NCBI GenBank assembly: GCA_041179565.1
Contig: JBEGTC010000001.1
Span: forward strand, 1 to 32,898
DNA: 32,898 bases
Direction: 5' to 3'
Source of the DNA: Actinomycetota bacterium
GTDB lineage: Bacteria > Actinomycetota > Actinomycetes > Nanopelagicales > Nanopelagicaceae
Below the pieces are notes generated by a model. That model was given only the letters and a program-made list of their open reading frames with translations, ran no database searches and had not been told where the DNA came from. Positions 9,008 through 19,267 of the stretch are shown piece after piece. Made by a program: the position numbers and the translations under genes. Every line of letters begins with the position of its first letter. Position 1 is the stretch's first letter.

Positions 9008-10123
9008 ATGTCCAATATCAACGGTCAAGGCCCTTGGTGGGGTGTTCCAACCTCATCAGGCAAGAGCATCTCGCTCCGCAATGCCGTTGTACTGGCGTTA
9101 ATTGTCGGAATTACCGCTGGTGTTTTCGGAGCATCTTCTACCGGTTCAATCTTCGGTATCTCACCTCGACTTGTTCAATCTAATGCAACAATCGAACGAC
9201 CTGCCAACTCAGTGGCAGGTATCGCAAAGCGGGTTCTGCCTTCTGTTGTATCGATTGAGGCGAAAGATAGCGATGGCGGTGCTACTGGCTCTGGTTTTGT
9301 TATATCTAGCGATGGTTACATCCTTACTAATAACCATGTGATTTCATCGGCAGTCACCAGCGGTGGTGCAATTAAAGTCCGCTTGCAAGATGGTTCAGCT
9401 TTTGAGGCAACGGTTATCGGAAGAGATTCTTCATACGATCTCGCCGTGCTTCGGATTGCAAACCGATCTCTAAGCGCACTCCAATTTGGTGATAGCGATA
9501 AAGTTGCAGTTGGCGATGCTGTGCTAGCTATCGGATCACCCTTGGGCCTACAAGGTACGGTGACACTCGGCATTATTAGCGCCAAGGACCGTGCCGTTAC
9601 AGCTGGCGAATCATCCTCAGATAGCTCATTTATCAATGCCCTCCAGACAGATGCGGCAATTAACCCTGGGAACTCTGGTGGACCGTTGGTCGATTCAACT
9701 GGAGCAGTTATTGGCGTCAATACCGCTATTGCAACACTTGGTTCAGCGCTCGGTTCACAGACCGGATCAATTGGTTTAGGTTTTGCGATCCCAATTAATC
9801 AAGCGCGCAAAACTGCCGAACAATTAATCAAGAGCGGTAAAGCTACCTATCCGATTATTGGTGTCTCAGTTGATATGACCGCAAGTGGTATAGGTGCGCA
9901 GATCTCTTCCAAGAGCGGTGCAATCTTGCCCGGCGGACCAGCAGCTAAGGCTGGACTCAAACCTGGAGATCTCATTACCGAGTTTGCTGGGCGCGCAATC
10001 ACAAATCCAGAAGAGTTGATTGTTGCCGTTCGCTCTCGCGATGTTGGTGAGACGGTGAAAATTACCTATATTCGTGCAGGAAAGAGCTACGAGGTAACTC
10101 TTATCCTGACAGCGGGCAACTAG
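9008..10123 (+). CDS. htrA: Membrane-anchored HtrA/DegP serine protease with PDZ domain
   Basis: Triad motifs TNNHV, YDLAV, QTDAAINPGNSGG; N-terminal TM; C-terminal PDZ (GPAAKAGLKPGDLI). Confidence 0.93.
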   Translation: MSNINGQGPWWGVPTSSGKSISLRNAVVLALIVGITAGVFGASSTGSIFGISPRLVQSNATIERPANSVAGIAKRVLPSVVSIEAKDSDGGATGSGFVISSDGYILTNNHVISSAVTSGGAIKVRLQDGSAFEATVIGRDSSYDLAVLRIANRSLSALQFGDSDKVAVGDAVLAIGSPLGLQGTVTLGIISAKDRAVTAGESSSDSSFINALQTDAAINPGNSGGPLVDSTGAVIGVNTAIATLGSALGSQTGSIGLGFAIPINQARKTAEQLIKSGKATYPIIGVSVDMTASGIGAQISSKSGAILPGGPAAKAGLKPGDLITEFAGRAITNPEELIVAVRSRDVGETVKITYIRAGKSYEVTLILTAGN

Positions 10124-10140
10124 CGCGCTAAGGTACTCGC

Positions 10141-10446
10141 ATGTTCTTCGACTTTGGTGCCGGTGAAATTGCTGGCCTCGCTATCTTGGCGATGGTCCTT
10201 GTCGGACCAGATAAGTTGCCTCAGTTTGCAGTTGAGGCGGCGAAGATGGTGAAGAAGATTCGCAATTTAGCGACCAACGCAACCAATGATTTGAAAGAGA
10301 ACCTTGGTCCAGGCTTTGAAGATCTTAAACCGGCCGATCTCAACCCGAAGACCTTTGTAAAGAAGCAGATCGAATCTGTGCTCGATGAAAAGCCAACTAA
10401 GGTTCTCAAGCGGCCAGAGAATAAGATCGACCCTGACTTGTTATGA
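10141..10446 (+). CDS. tatB: Sec-independent translocase TatB
   Basis: MFFDFGAGE...VLVGPDKLP, DLNPKTFVKK; conserved htrA-tatB-mrp order. Confidence 0.88.
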   Translation: MFFDFGAGEIAGLAILAMVLVGPDKLPQFAVEAAKMVKKIRNLATNATNDLKENLGPGFEDLKPADLNPKTFVKKQIESVLDEKPTKVLKRPENKIDPDLL

Positions 10447-11561
10447 GTGATACATCGTTAATTCACGAAGCGCTCAGTAAGGTAAATGATCCAGAGCTCC
10501 ACCGCTCAATTACCGAGCTCGGTATGGTTGAGTCGATCGAGCAGAGCAATGGACGGGTTCAACTAAAGATTCTCTTGACTATCTCAGGTTGTCCGATGAA
10601 AGACCGCCTCACCGGCGATATTAAGAGCGCAGTTCTCGCAGTTGCGGGCGTCCGCGAAGTCACAATCGAGTTCGGTGTCATGACTGAAGAGCAGCGAGCA
10701 AATATTAAGAAGCTGCTCCGAAATGGCCGTGAAGCATTTATCTCTTTCGCTCAAGCTGATTCGCTTACCCGAGTAATAGGCGTGGCATCCGGAAAAGGCG
10801 GAGTTGGCAAATCATCACTTACTGCCAATCTAGCTGTCGCTGCTGCTCAGAAAGGGCTTCGAGTCGGAATCCTCGATGCCGATGTCTATGGCCACTCCAT
10901 TCCACGTCTGATGGGACTCATTGGTCAGCGACCTACCGCTATTGATCAGATGTTCATTCCGCTAGAGGCATACGGAGTCAAAGTCGTTTCGATGGAGATG
11001 TTTAAGCCTGAACGCTCAGATGCAATCGCCTATCGCGGCCCACTTCTTCACCGGGTTCTTGAGCAATTACTCTCTGATGCCTACTGGGGCGATCTCGACA
11101 TCCTCTTTATCGATTTACCGCCAGGAACAGGTGATCTGGCAATCTCATTAGGCCAGTTAATTCCAACATCGGAGATTGTTGTTATTACAACGCCACAAGT
11201 TGCTGCTGCTGAGGTGGCTGAGCGAGCAGGTCGAATTGCTCACCAAATCCATCAGCGGGTTATTGGTGTTATCGAGAACATGTCGGCAATCTCCTGTCCA
11301 CAGTGCGGTGAAGAGATGGCGCTCTTCGGTAGTGGTGGGGGAGAAGAGACATCGCGTCGCCTCACAACTCTCGTCGGTGCAGATGTTCCATTAATGGGAA
11401 AGGTTCCATTTAACGTCGATCTACGCGAAGGTGGAGATCAAGGCGCGCCAGTGGTTGTGAGCGCACCTAATAGCCAGAGCGCTGCAGCGATACGAGAAAT
11501 CGTAGATAAGCTGGTTATCCGCCAAGGGTCGTTACTTGGTGTCAGATTGGGGCTTGCGTAG
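10443..11561 (+). CDS. mrp: Mrp/NBP35 Fe-S cluster carrier ATPase (ApbC)
   Basis: N-terminal DUF59-like DPEL/SGCP; ASGKGGVGKS; DADVYG; DLPPGTGD; ENMS..CPQC. Confidence 0.94.
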   Translation: MSDTSLIHEALSKVNDPELHRSITELGMVESIEQSNGRVQLKILLTISGCPMKDRLTGDIKSAVLAVAGVREVTIEFGVMTEEQRANIKKLLRNGREAFISFAQADSLTRVIGVASGKGGVGKSSLTANLAVAAAQKGLRVGILDADVYGHSIPRLMGLIGQRPTAIDQMFIPLEAYGVKVVSMEMFKPERSDAIAYRGPLLHRVLEQLLSDAYWGDLDILFIDLPPGTGDLAISLGQLIPTSEIVVITTPQVAAAEVAERAGRIAHQIHQRVIGVIENMSAISCPQCGEEMALFGSGGGEETSRRLTTLVGADVPLMGKVPFNVDLREGGDQGAPVVVSAPNSQSAAAIREIVDKLVIRQGSLLGVRLGLA

Positions 11562-12026
11562 CTCTTCGACAATCTCTTTAGCGAAATCTTCAAGTTCGCT
11601 GCGAAGATAATCGCGGGTCGAAACATCTCCAAGTGCGATTCGAAGGCTTGCGAGTTCGCGAGTCAAGTACTCGGTATCTGCAATGTTGCGATCTCCACGG
11701 GCACGATCTTCATTGAGCGCAATACGATCTCGGTCTGCCTGGCGATTCTGTGCCAAGAGAATGAGTGGCGCTGCATATGATGCTTGCAGCGAGAGGATGA
11801 GAGTTAAGAAGATAAATGGGTACTCATCCCATCGAAGTGAAACTGGTGCGAGTACGTTCCAGGAGATCCAACCGATTACAAAGACGGTCATATAGACCAA
11901 GAAACGCGCAGTTCCCAAGAAACGAGCAAAACGTTCCGAGAGGCGACCGAATGCCTCTGGATCGTAATTTGCACGGAGCGAACGACGGGTCTCGCGTGGA
12001 GTGTCTAAACCATTGTTACGCGCCAT
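11532..12026 (-). CDS. DUF1003 membrane protein
   Basis: WDEYPFIFLTLILSLQASYAAPLILLAQNRQ motif; two TM segments and a coiled tail. Confidence 0.9.
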   Translation of the reverse strand: MARNNGLDTPRETRRSLRANYDPEAFGRLSERFARFLGTARFLVYMTVFVIGWISWNVLAPVSLRWDEYPFIFLTLILSLQASYAAPLILLAQNRQADRDRIALNEDRARGDRNIADTEYLTRELASLRIALGDVSTRDYLRSELEDFAKEIVEELRKPQSDTK

Positions 12027-12028
12027 GG

Positions 12029-13330
12029 TTAAACCTCCTCATCAAAACTGGTATCGATATTCTCTAGCGCAGCGGTTGTTGCTGCTGAATCTCTATGGTC
12101 ATGGCGCCAGTTCTCTGGCAGCAGGTGATCGAGAACGTCATCGACGGTTACAGCTCCCAAGAGGCGGTCGTTGGCATCGATTACCGGTAGCGAGAGCAGG
12201 TTGTAACTGGCTAAGTATGACGCAACCTCATGGAGGGTTGCATCGGGATTAACGCCTTGGGTGTTGGTATCGACAATAGAGCCGAGCAGAGTTGAAGGAG
12301 GTTCGCGTAGTAAGCGCTGATAATGCACCATGCCTATGAAGCGACCAGTTGGGGTCTCCAGAGGTTGGCGGCAGATAAAGACCTGCGATGCAAGTGCGGG
12401 TGAAAGTTCGCTCTTGCGAACCGCAGCCAGGGCATCGGCAACTGAATAATCGGCAGACATCACAATTGGCTCAGTGGTCATCATGCCACCGGCTGAGTAA
12501 TCCTCATAAGTCATCAGACGTAGAACATCTTCAGCATCGTCGGGATCCATCAGCTCAATTAGCTCTTGCGCGCGCTCCTCGCCAACTTCGCGAAGCAAAT
12601 CTGCCGCATCATCTGGATCCATCTCTTCAAGAACATCCGCGGCGCGTTCGCCTTCAAGTTCCGCCAAGAGAGCGACTCGCTCTTGTTCATCCATCTCTTC
12701 AATAACATCTGCAAGCCGCTCATCATCGAGAGCCCGAGCAACCTCGACTCGACGCTTAGGAGATAAGTCTTGAAGAACTGTCGCTAAATCTGCAGGTCGT
12801 AATGTGCTCAGAGTTGAGAGGAGGTTTGTCGCCCCTTGATTGATCTCTTGATTTGCAAAGCCGGTTAGTTCATCCCAGCCAACTGTCGAAGTTGCACCCT
12901 TGCGACGGAAGCCAGCGCCTTTTCGCATGATATGAACTTTGGTAATGAGCCAATCGCCATTACGCGAGCTCTCCATACCCATATCTTCGACAACAACTGG
13001 TTCGCCGGATTCAATTAAGTTAACGGATCGATCAAGCAGATCTCCCAAAACCAGAATTTCGCCAGTGCGAGTTTCAAAACGGCGCATATTGAGCAATCCG
13101 GTAATGACGACAGCGCCTGATTCGATAGATGTGACGCGGGTAATTGGGACAAATACTCGACGGCGAAGTGGAACCTCTACAACCAGACCGAGGATTCGCG
13201 GAGGCTGATTATTGGATCGCAAGGTCGCAACTGCGTCACGAACCTTTCCAACCGGATCGCCATTAGGGTCGAAGACAGCGGTGCCAGCAAGGCGCGCGAG
13301 AAAGACGCGAGACATTCCATTTCCGCTCAT
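12029..13330 (-). CDS. MgtE intracellular N-domain/CBS protein lacking the TM domain
   Basis: PRC-barrel-like N-terminus, acidic MgtE_N repeats (EEMDPDDAADLL), SAGGMMTTE, CBS pair (LLGAVTVDDVLD); SD GAAAGGGG upstream of ATG 13330. Confidence 0.88.
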   Translation of the reverse strand: MSGNGMSRVFLARLAGTAVFDPNGDPVGKVRDAVATLRSNNQPPRILGLVVEVPLRRRVFVPITRVTSIESGAVVITGLLNMRRFETRTGEILVLGDLLDRSVNLIESGEPVVVEDMGMESSRNGDWLITKVHIMRKGAGFRRKGATSTVGWDELTGFANQEINQGATNLLSTLSTLRPADLATVLQDLSPKRRVEVARALDDERLADVIEEMDEQERVALLAELEGERAADVLEEMDPDDAADLLREVGEERAQELIELMDPDDAEDVLRLMTYEDYSAGGMMTTEPIVMSADYSVADALAAVRKSELSPALASQVFICRQPLETPTGRFIGMVHYQRLLREPPSTLLGSIVDTNTQGVNPDATLHEVASYLASYNLLSLPVIDANDRLLGAVTVDDVLDHLLPENWRHDHRDSAATTAALENIDTSFDEEV

Positions 13331-13407
13331 GTGGCCACCCCTTTCTATCTGATTATTCCTGCTCAAGTCTGCGAATCAGAGCCAATCGTATCGGCTAGGT
13401 TATGGCC

Positions 13408-14337
13408 ATGACTTCCACTTCTAAGGGCGCTGCGGCGAACTCTGCAATAACAGAGATGCCAGGCAGGTCTGATCTCGTCAAGCTGGGGGTCGGAATTCTT
13501 GGAATCGGCTCATCTGGCCCGCTGATTGCCTTGAGCACTATGCCGATACCTACCTTGATCTTCTGGCGAAATTTAGGTGGTGCGCTATTCACCGCACCAT
13601 TTGCCCTTCGACATAAGGTCGATCGAACTGGAGCGAAATGGGCGCTAGGAGCAGGCGTTGTGCTCGCGCTCCACTTTATTGGCTTCTTTATGGCGATGCG
13701 CATGACGAGCGTCGCCGCTGGAACTGCGCTGGTTGCGCTCCAACCGATATTCGCCAGCATATTTGTAAAGATGACTGGTGGCGATATCCCTTCTAAAGCT
13801 TGGTTTGGAATGGTGGTCAGCTTTATCGGGGTTCTCTTTATCTCCGGTATTGATTTTTCACTTGATCGTCGATCCTTTATCGGTGACATCGCTGCTGTCA
13901 TATCTGCAGCGCTCGCGGCGGTCTACATGATGTGGGGATCTAAGGCGCTCAAGACTCTAGAGACTACGACATACACGACCATCTGCTACGGCATGTGTGC
14001 CGCTACCGCACTTCCGATTGCTTATCTAGGTGGGTACGAAATCATTCACTTTGCCGCGAGAGAGTGGTGGGTGCTTCTCGCTCTCATCGGTGGCGCGCAG
14101 ATTCTCGGACACTCAATGTTTAACTCTGCACTCAAGCGGGTTTCGCCAGCAGTAGTCTCACTCATTGTCTTCTTTGAAGTACCGGTGGCGGCGATTGCAG
14201 CGGGCATCTTTAATATCGGCAACCAACCTTCAGGACTCATTGTTCCTGGAATTATCTTGATCCTAACCGGCTGCACCTTGGTTGTTCTTCGAACTCGACC
14301 AGGTAAGAGCGAAGTAGAAGTAATGGTGAATGAATGA
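13408..14337 (+). CDS. DMT/EamA family transporter
   Basis: About 10 TM segments, TSVAAGTALVALQPIF, GHSMFN..L...SPAVVS; TAGGTT 6 nt before ATG 13408 (13402 also possible). Confidence 0.88.
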   Translation: MTSTSKGAAANSAITEMPGRSDLVKLGVGILGIGSSGPLIALSTMPIPTLIFWRNLGGALFTAPFALRHKVDRTGAKWALGAGVVLALHFIGFFMAMRMTSVAAGTALVALQPIFASIFVKMTGGDIPSKAWFGMVVSFIGVLFISGIDFSLDRRSFIGDIAAVISAALAAVYMMWGSKALKTLETTTYTTICYGMCAATALPIAYLGGYEIIHFAAREWWVLLALIGGAQILGHSMFNSALKRVSPAVVSLIVFFEVPVAAIAAGIFNIGNQPSGLIVPGIILILTGCTLVVLRTRPGKSEVEVMVNE

Positions 14338-15179
14338 TTGACCTCCATACCCACACGACCTGTAGCGATGGCACTGATTCGCCGCTAGCGTTGGTAAAGA
14401 AAGCTGCAGCCAGCGGCATCACAGTTCTTGGCCTTGCCGACCACGACACAACAGCTGGCTGGATAGAGGCGGCAGCCTCACTCCATGGAGATCTTCAGCT
14501 CGCCCTCGGTGCAGAGGTTTCCTGTCTCACCAGCGATGGCATAAGCGTTCATATGTTAGGACTGCTCTTTGATGGCGAGAATCAACCACTTCAACAGCTA
14601 CTTGCCGACTGTCGAGACACTCGAATTCCACGAATGAAGAAGATGATTGAGAATTTACAAAATGCGGGTTACGACATCTCTCTTGCTGATGTAGAAGCTC
14701 AGCAACCAGATGGTGCGACTCTCGGCCGCCCACATTTAGCTGATGCGCTAGTCGCTAAGAAGATAGTGAAGAGCCGTGATGAGGCATTTACCGATTTGCT
14801 CCATAACGACTCTCCGTTCTATGTCTCTCACTTTGCGCCAACTCCGGAAGACTCAATTCGAGCTATTCGTGCTGCTGGGGGAGTTGCCGTGATTGCCCAC
14901 CCTTTCGCATCTCGTCGAGGTCAGTCCCTTTCGGTAGATACCTTTCAATCACTGGTAGATGCCGGCCTCAATGGAATCGAGGTGTTTCATCGTGATCAGA
15001 GTGAAGATGAGCGCCAGCAACTCATCTCAGTTGCGAAAGCTCTGGATCTTGTTGTGACTGGTGCAAGCGATTACCACGGAACGGGAAAACTCAATCAACT
15101 TGGCGAGAACACCACTGCTCCGGCAGAATGGGAGCGCTTAGAATCAATGGCCGATCAACGGAGGGTTGTGCGGAGATGA
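14334..15179 (+). CDS. PHP-domain metal-dependent phosphoesterase (TrpH/YciV-like)
   Basis: IDLHTHTTCSDG, LADHD, GRPH, AHP, GASDYHG. Confidence 0.92.
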   Translation: MIDLHTHTTCSDGTDSPLALVKKAAASGITVLGLADHDTTAGWIEAAASLHGDLQLALGAEVSCLTSDGISVHMLGLLFDGENQPLQQLLADCRDTRIPRMKKMIENLQNAGYDISLADVEAQQPDGATLGRPHLADALVAKKIVKSRDEAFTDLLHNDSPFYVSHFAPTPEDSIRAIRAAGGVAVIAHPFASRRGQSLSVDTFQSLVDAGLNGIEVFHRDQSEDERQQLISVAKALDLVVTGASDYHGTGKLNQLGENTTAPAEWERLESMADQRRVVRR

Positions 15180-15784
15180 ATACAGTTAATGCCGTCACCT
15201 TTGCTGTTCAATCATTTGTCACACTCTTGGTGATCTTTGATCCGCCTGGAGCAACACCAATCTTTCTAGCGCTCGTCTCAGATAAGACTGAACGTGAGCG
15301 TCGTCGCCTCGCCTGGCAGGCGGCCGCGGTCTCACTCTTTGTGATTGCAACTTTTGCACTCTTTGGGCGAGTGATACTCGATTACATGAACGTTTCTATC
15401 GAAGCGCTTCAAGCAGCTGGTGGCTTGCTTCTGCTCTACGTTTCACTGCAACTTCTCACCGGTGCAAAGAGCGAAGAAGCATCTGCCGGAACAAATATTG
15501 GAATGGTTCCGCTAGGTACTCCACTTCTGGCAGGCCCAGGAGCAATCGTTGCAACGATGATCTTTGTGCAGCAGGCAAACTCACCAGAGCGTGTAACTGG
15601 TCTTGTTCTTGCGATTGTTGCCGTCCACCTGATCATCGGCTTTGTCTTGATGATGTCGACCCACGTACTCAAGTTGATTAAAGAGTCTGGGGTAACGCTG
15701 TTAGCTCGCATCGCCGGACTTCTACTTGCCGCGATTGCAGTTCAAATGCTCGCCGATGCGATTAAGGTTTTAGCAAACTCTTAA
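15176..15784 (+). CDS. MarC family membrane protein
   Basis: DPPGATPIF, AGGLLL, VPLGTPLLAGPGAI, RIAGLLLAAIAVQM; ATGA overlap with the PHP gene. Confidence 0.92.
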   Translation: MNTVNAVTFAVQSFVTLLVIFDPPGATPIFLALVSDKTERERRRLAWQAAAVSLFVIATFALFGRVILDYMNVSIEALQAAGGLLLLYVSLQLLTGAKSEEASAGTNIGMVPLGTPLLAGPGAIVATMIFVQQANSPERVTGLVLAIVAVHLIIGFVLMMSTHVLKLIKESGVTLLARIAGLLLAAIAVQMLADAIKVLANS

Positions 15785-17124
15785 TCTGCGATGCGCTTGG
15801 TGCGGGTGCGAACTCGTGCAGTCTTCTCGCGCGGAGCTTTCGCCGGTGCAGATTGCGTACGAGCTGGCCGCTCACTCTTGACCGTCGGTGCATCAATCTT
15901 CTTCGCTGCAACCATGCGACCGGTGGAGTTGGCTGGAATCTTGAGGGCATCGAAGAAGTGCTGGGAAGATGAGTAAGTCTCCAACGGTTCGGGCAGGCCA
16001 AGTTCGAGCGCGGTATCAATCATCTTCCAGCGAGCGAGTTCATCCCAATCAACAAAGGTGACTGCGATTCCATCAGCGCCAGCGCGAGCGGTTCGACCGA
16101 TTCGGTGTACGTATGTCTTCTCATCCTCTGGGCATTGATAGTTGATTACGTGGGTAATGCCATCGACATCGATACCGCGAGCGGCGACATCGGTTGCGAT
16201 TAGAACATCTCGCTTGCCAGACTTAAAGTCATTGAGCGCTTTCTCGCGTGCGCTCTGGCCGAGATCACCATGGATAGAGGCAGCACGAAATCCACGTTCA
16301 ATTAAATCTTCAGCCGTTTTCTGGGCAGTTCGCTTGGTGCGACAGAAGACGATAGTTGCTCCACGACCTTCTGCTTGAAGAATTCGTGCCAGCATCTCAA
16401 TCTTGTCGAGCGCATGTGCGCGGAAGACATGTTGTTCGATCCGCGCAACGACTCGGCCCTCATCTTGCGAATCTTGAGTTCGAATATGAACTGGCTGATT
16501 CATAAATCGACGAGCAAGCGCGATGATGTCGCCCGGCATTGTTGCGGAGAAGAGCATGGTCTGCGAGCGCGCCGGAGTGGAGGAGAAGAGCTTCTCTACA
16601 TCAGGCAAGAATCCAAGGTCGAGCATCTCATCAGCCTCATCGAGGACAACGCGTGTGACTTTGCTGAGCTTTAACTTTCCTTGGCGATAGAGATCGAGCA
16701 GGCGGCCTGGAGTACCGACGACTATCTCGACGCCAGCTTCAAGCGCCTCAATCTGTGGCTCAAATGCGCGCCCACCATATACAGCTAACGTGCGGATGCC
16801 ACGATTGCTTGAGAGCTCTTCAATATCTTTTGTAACTTGAACGCAGAGCTCACGAGTCGGAACAACGATCAAAACTTGAGGAGAGCCCTTGGCCTCCAAT
16901 GAGGCCCACTCGACATCATTAGGTGCAATCACGCGTTCGATGACTGGTACGCCAAATGCAAGTGTCTTTCCAGTCCCGGTCTTTGCTTGTCCGATTACAT
17001 CGCCATCAGCGAGCGCAATTGGAAGAACCATCTCTTGGATGGCAAAGGGTGCGGTAAAACCATGTTGGTGGAGAGCTTCAATCGTCTCTTTCCGAAGGGG
17101 AAGCTCGGCGAAGGTAATACTCAC
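15781..17124 (-). CDS. DEAD-box RNA helicase
   Basis: Q motif, AKTGTGKT, PTREL, TPGR, DEAD, SAT, ARGID, HRIGRTAR. Confidence 0.96.
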   Translation of the reverse strand: MSITFAELPLRKETIEALHQHGFTAPFAIQEMVLPIALADGDVIGQAKTGTGKTLAFGVPVIERVIAPNDVEWASLEAKGSPQVLIVVPTRELCVQVTKDIEELSSNRGIRTLAVYGGRAFEPQIEALEAGVEIVVGTPGRLLDLYRQGKLKLSKVTRVVLDEADEMLDLGFLPDVEKLFSSTPARSQTMLFSATMPGDIIALARRFMNQPVHIRTQDSQDEGRVVARIEQHVFRAHALDKIEMLARILQAEGRGATIVFCRTKRTAQKTAEDLIERGFRAASIHGDLGQSAREKALNDFKSGKRDVLIATDVAARGIDVDGITHVINYQCPEDEKTYVHRIGRTARAGADGIAVTFVDWDELARWKMIDTALELGLPEPLETYSSSQHFFDALKIPANSTGRMVAAKKIDAPTVKSERPARTQSAPAKAPREKTARVRTRTKRIAD

Positions 17125-17376
17125 TTAGAGGGCGCCGAAACCAACGCGACGTTCGACCGGCTCACCGATTTCGATGTAACCAATCTTTGCCGCCGGAACC
17201 ACAATCTCATGGCCTCGGATGTCGCTGAGTACGAGTGGCGTATTTCCAGTGAGGGCAGCTGTGACTGCGCTCTTGATTTCAGCAGGGGTGGAAGGGCACT
17301 CGAAGGAGAGCTCGCTGGCGACATCTGTTACCGCGATACGTACCTGTGCTGATTTTTCATTCTTCTTGGTGCTCAT
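17125..17376 (-). CDS. DUF3107 family protein
   Basis: VRIAV...ELSFE...LSDIRGHEIVVPAAKIGYIEIG...RRVGF pattern; next to TetR as in other actinobacteria. Confidence 0.85.
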   Translation of the reverse strand: MSTKKNEKSAQVRIAVTDVASELSFECPSTPAEIKSAVTAALTGNTPLVLSDIRGHEIVVPAAKIGYIEIGEPVERRVGFGAL

Positions 17377-17392
17377 ACACCTATCTTATTGG

Positions 17393-18019
17393 CTAGATCT
17401 CGGTACGGGGAAATCCAGATATTCCTCGCCACATCAGGTTCTCGACGAGATCCATCGCTTGTTGGCGAGTGAGCTTGCTATCGCGCTCGAGCCAATGGCG
17501 CGCTGCGACCTGAACCATTCCGATGAGTCCGATACCGAGGAGCATTGCCGCCTCCTTAGGTAGGCCGGTGTCATTTGAGATAACTCCACTCACTGCAGCA
17601 GCGCAGTCGTAGGTCATTCGGCTGAGGCGTTCGTGAACTTGCGGCTCAACGCTCATATCGCTTTCAAAGAGGAGGCGGAAAGCCTCGCCTTCGCTCTCAA
17701 TAAAACTAAAGTAGGCATCGATTGTGGCATGAACGCGTTGCGCATTATCTGGAGTGGATGAGATTGCTCGTTGAATCTCATAGACGAGTGAATCGATATG
17801 AAGATCAAGTACCGCTAGATAGAGATCGAGCTTTGATGGAAAATGTTGATAGAGAACTGGCTTGCTCACATTTGCGCGATCAGCAATCTCATCCATGGCA
17901 GCAGAGTGATAACCGGCAGCGGTGAAGACCTCTAACGCTGCATTGAGGAGGATTGCACGGCGTTCATCGCGAGGAAGTCGAGCTTTTTCTCGCGAAGCGT
18001 TTGCATCTGTTGTACTCAT
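17393..18019 (-). CDS. TetR/AcrR family transcriptional regulator
   Basis: RLPRDERR...GYHSAAMDEIADRANVSKPVLYQHFPSK HTH; C-terminal WRGISGFP. Confidence 0.93.
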   Translation of the reverse strand: MSTTDANASREKARLPRDERRAILLNAALEVFTAAGYHSAAMDEIADRANVSKPVLYQHFPSKLDLYLAVLDLHIDSLVYEIQRAISSTPDNAQRVHATIDAYFSFIESEGEAFRLLFESDMSVEPQVHERLSRMTYDCAAAVSGVISNDTGLPKEAAMLLGIGLIGMVQVAARHWLERDSKLTRQQAMDLVENLMWRGISGFPRTEI

Positions 18020-18085
18020 TCTGCGAATCGTACCTTTGAGAGACCTGAATTGGCGAGTACTCCTTGATTACGGCAGAATCGCCTT

Positions 18086-19267
18086 ATGAAGACCCCGCCA
18101 CTTGTAACTCCCGGACCCGCGCTTACCGTTGATGAGGTTCGCCGCTACAGCCGCCACCTGATCATTCCTGATGTAGCTATGGCAGGACAGCAACGAATGA
18201 TGAATGCAAAGGTTCTCTGCGTTGGTGCGGGCGGACTTGGCTCGCCAGCGTTGATGTATCTCGCGGCTGCAGGAATTGGAACGCTCGGAATCGTGGAGTT
18301 CGATACTGTCGACGAATCTAATCTTCAGCGCCAGATTATCCATGGCCAGTCAGATATTGGTAAGAGCAAGGCAGAGTCGGCTCGCGAGAAAATTGCAGAG
18401 ATTAATCCTTACGTCAAGGTCATCACTCATGAGACTCGCCTTGATAATTCAAATGTTCTTGAGATCTTTGCTCAGTACGACATCATCGTAGATGGCACAG
18501 ATAATTTTGCTACTCGTTATCTCGTCAACGATGCATGTGTGCTCTTAAAGAAACCATATGTCTGGGGCTCTATCTATCGTTTCGATGGCCAGGCCAGCGT
18601 CTTCTGGGCTGAGTACGGTCCTTGCTATCGCTGCTTATATCCAGAACCACCACCACCAGGAATGGTGCCAAGTTGTGCTGAAGGTGGTGTTCTAGGTGTT
18701 CTCTGCGCAACCATCGGCTCAATTCAGACAACTGAAGCGATCAAAGTTCTTACCGGTGTGGGTGAGTCACTTGTTGGCTCTTTGATGATCTACGACGCGT
18801 TGGAGATGAATTTCCGTAAGGTCAAGATTCGTAAAGACCCTAACTGCCCGATCTGTAGCGATAATCCAAAGCAGACCGAGCTCCTACCTGATTATGAAGC
18901 GTTCTGCGGTGTCCTCTCCGAGGCAGCGCAAGAGGCGAGCTCTGGTTCTACGATAACCGTGCAGGAGCTGAAAGCGAAGATGGATAACGCCGAAGATTTC
19001 TACCTGATTGATGTTCGCGAACCAAGTGAATACGAAATCGTAAATATCCCCGGCGCTCATCTCATTCCTAAGCAAGGGTTCATTGATGGCAGCGTTTTAG
19101 CATCGCTGCCACAGAACAAGCCGATCATTCTCCACTGCAAGAGCGGTGTGCGCTCTGCTGAGTGTTTAGCTATTCTCAAGAATGCAGGCTTTGCCGATGC
19201 ATCGCATGTAAGTGGCGGAGTAATCGCTTGGGCGAAACAGATAGATACCTCGCTTCCGGTTTATTAA
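18086..19267 (+). CDS. moeZ: Adenylyltransferase/sulfurtransferase MoeZ (ThiF/MoeB plus rhodanese)
   Basis: RYSRH, GAGGLG, SNLQRQ, DGTDNF, CYRC and CPIC Zn motifs, rhodanese CKSGVRS. Confidence 0.93.
   Translation: MKTPPLVTPGPALTVDEVRRYSRHLIIPDVAMAGQQRMMNAKVLCVGAGGLGSPALMYLAAAGIGTLGIVEFDTVDESNLQRQIIHGQSDIGKSKAESAREKIAEINPYVKVITHETRLDNSNVLEIFAQYDIIVDGTDNFATRYLVNDACVLLKKPYVWGSIYRFDGQASVFWAEYGPCYRCLYPEPPPPGMVPSCAEGGVLGVLCATIGSIQTTEAIKVLTGVGESLVGSLMIYDALEMNFRKVKIRKDPNCPICSDNPKQTELLPDYEAFCGVLSEAAQEASSGSTITVQELKAKMDNAEDFYLIDVREPSEYEIVNIPGAHLIPKQGFIDGSVLASLPQNKPIILHCKSGVRSAECLAILKNAGFADASHVSGGVIAWAKQIDTSLPVY

Noticed and set aside
13331..13390. M-box (Mg2+) riboswitch upstream of the MgtE-like gene
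   Set aside because: The leader is only about 50 nt, far too short; only a 7-bp stem (13348-13354 with 13374-13380) is visible
13368..18029. Identical 10-mer TCTGCGAATC in two divergent intergenic regions (13368-13377 and 18020-18029)
   Set aside because: A single shared non-palindromic 10-mer is plausible by chance, and its position relative to the promoters differs
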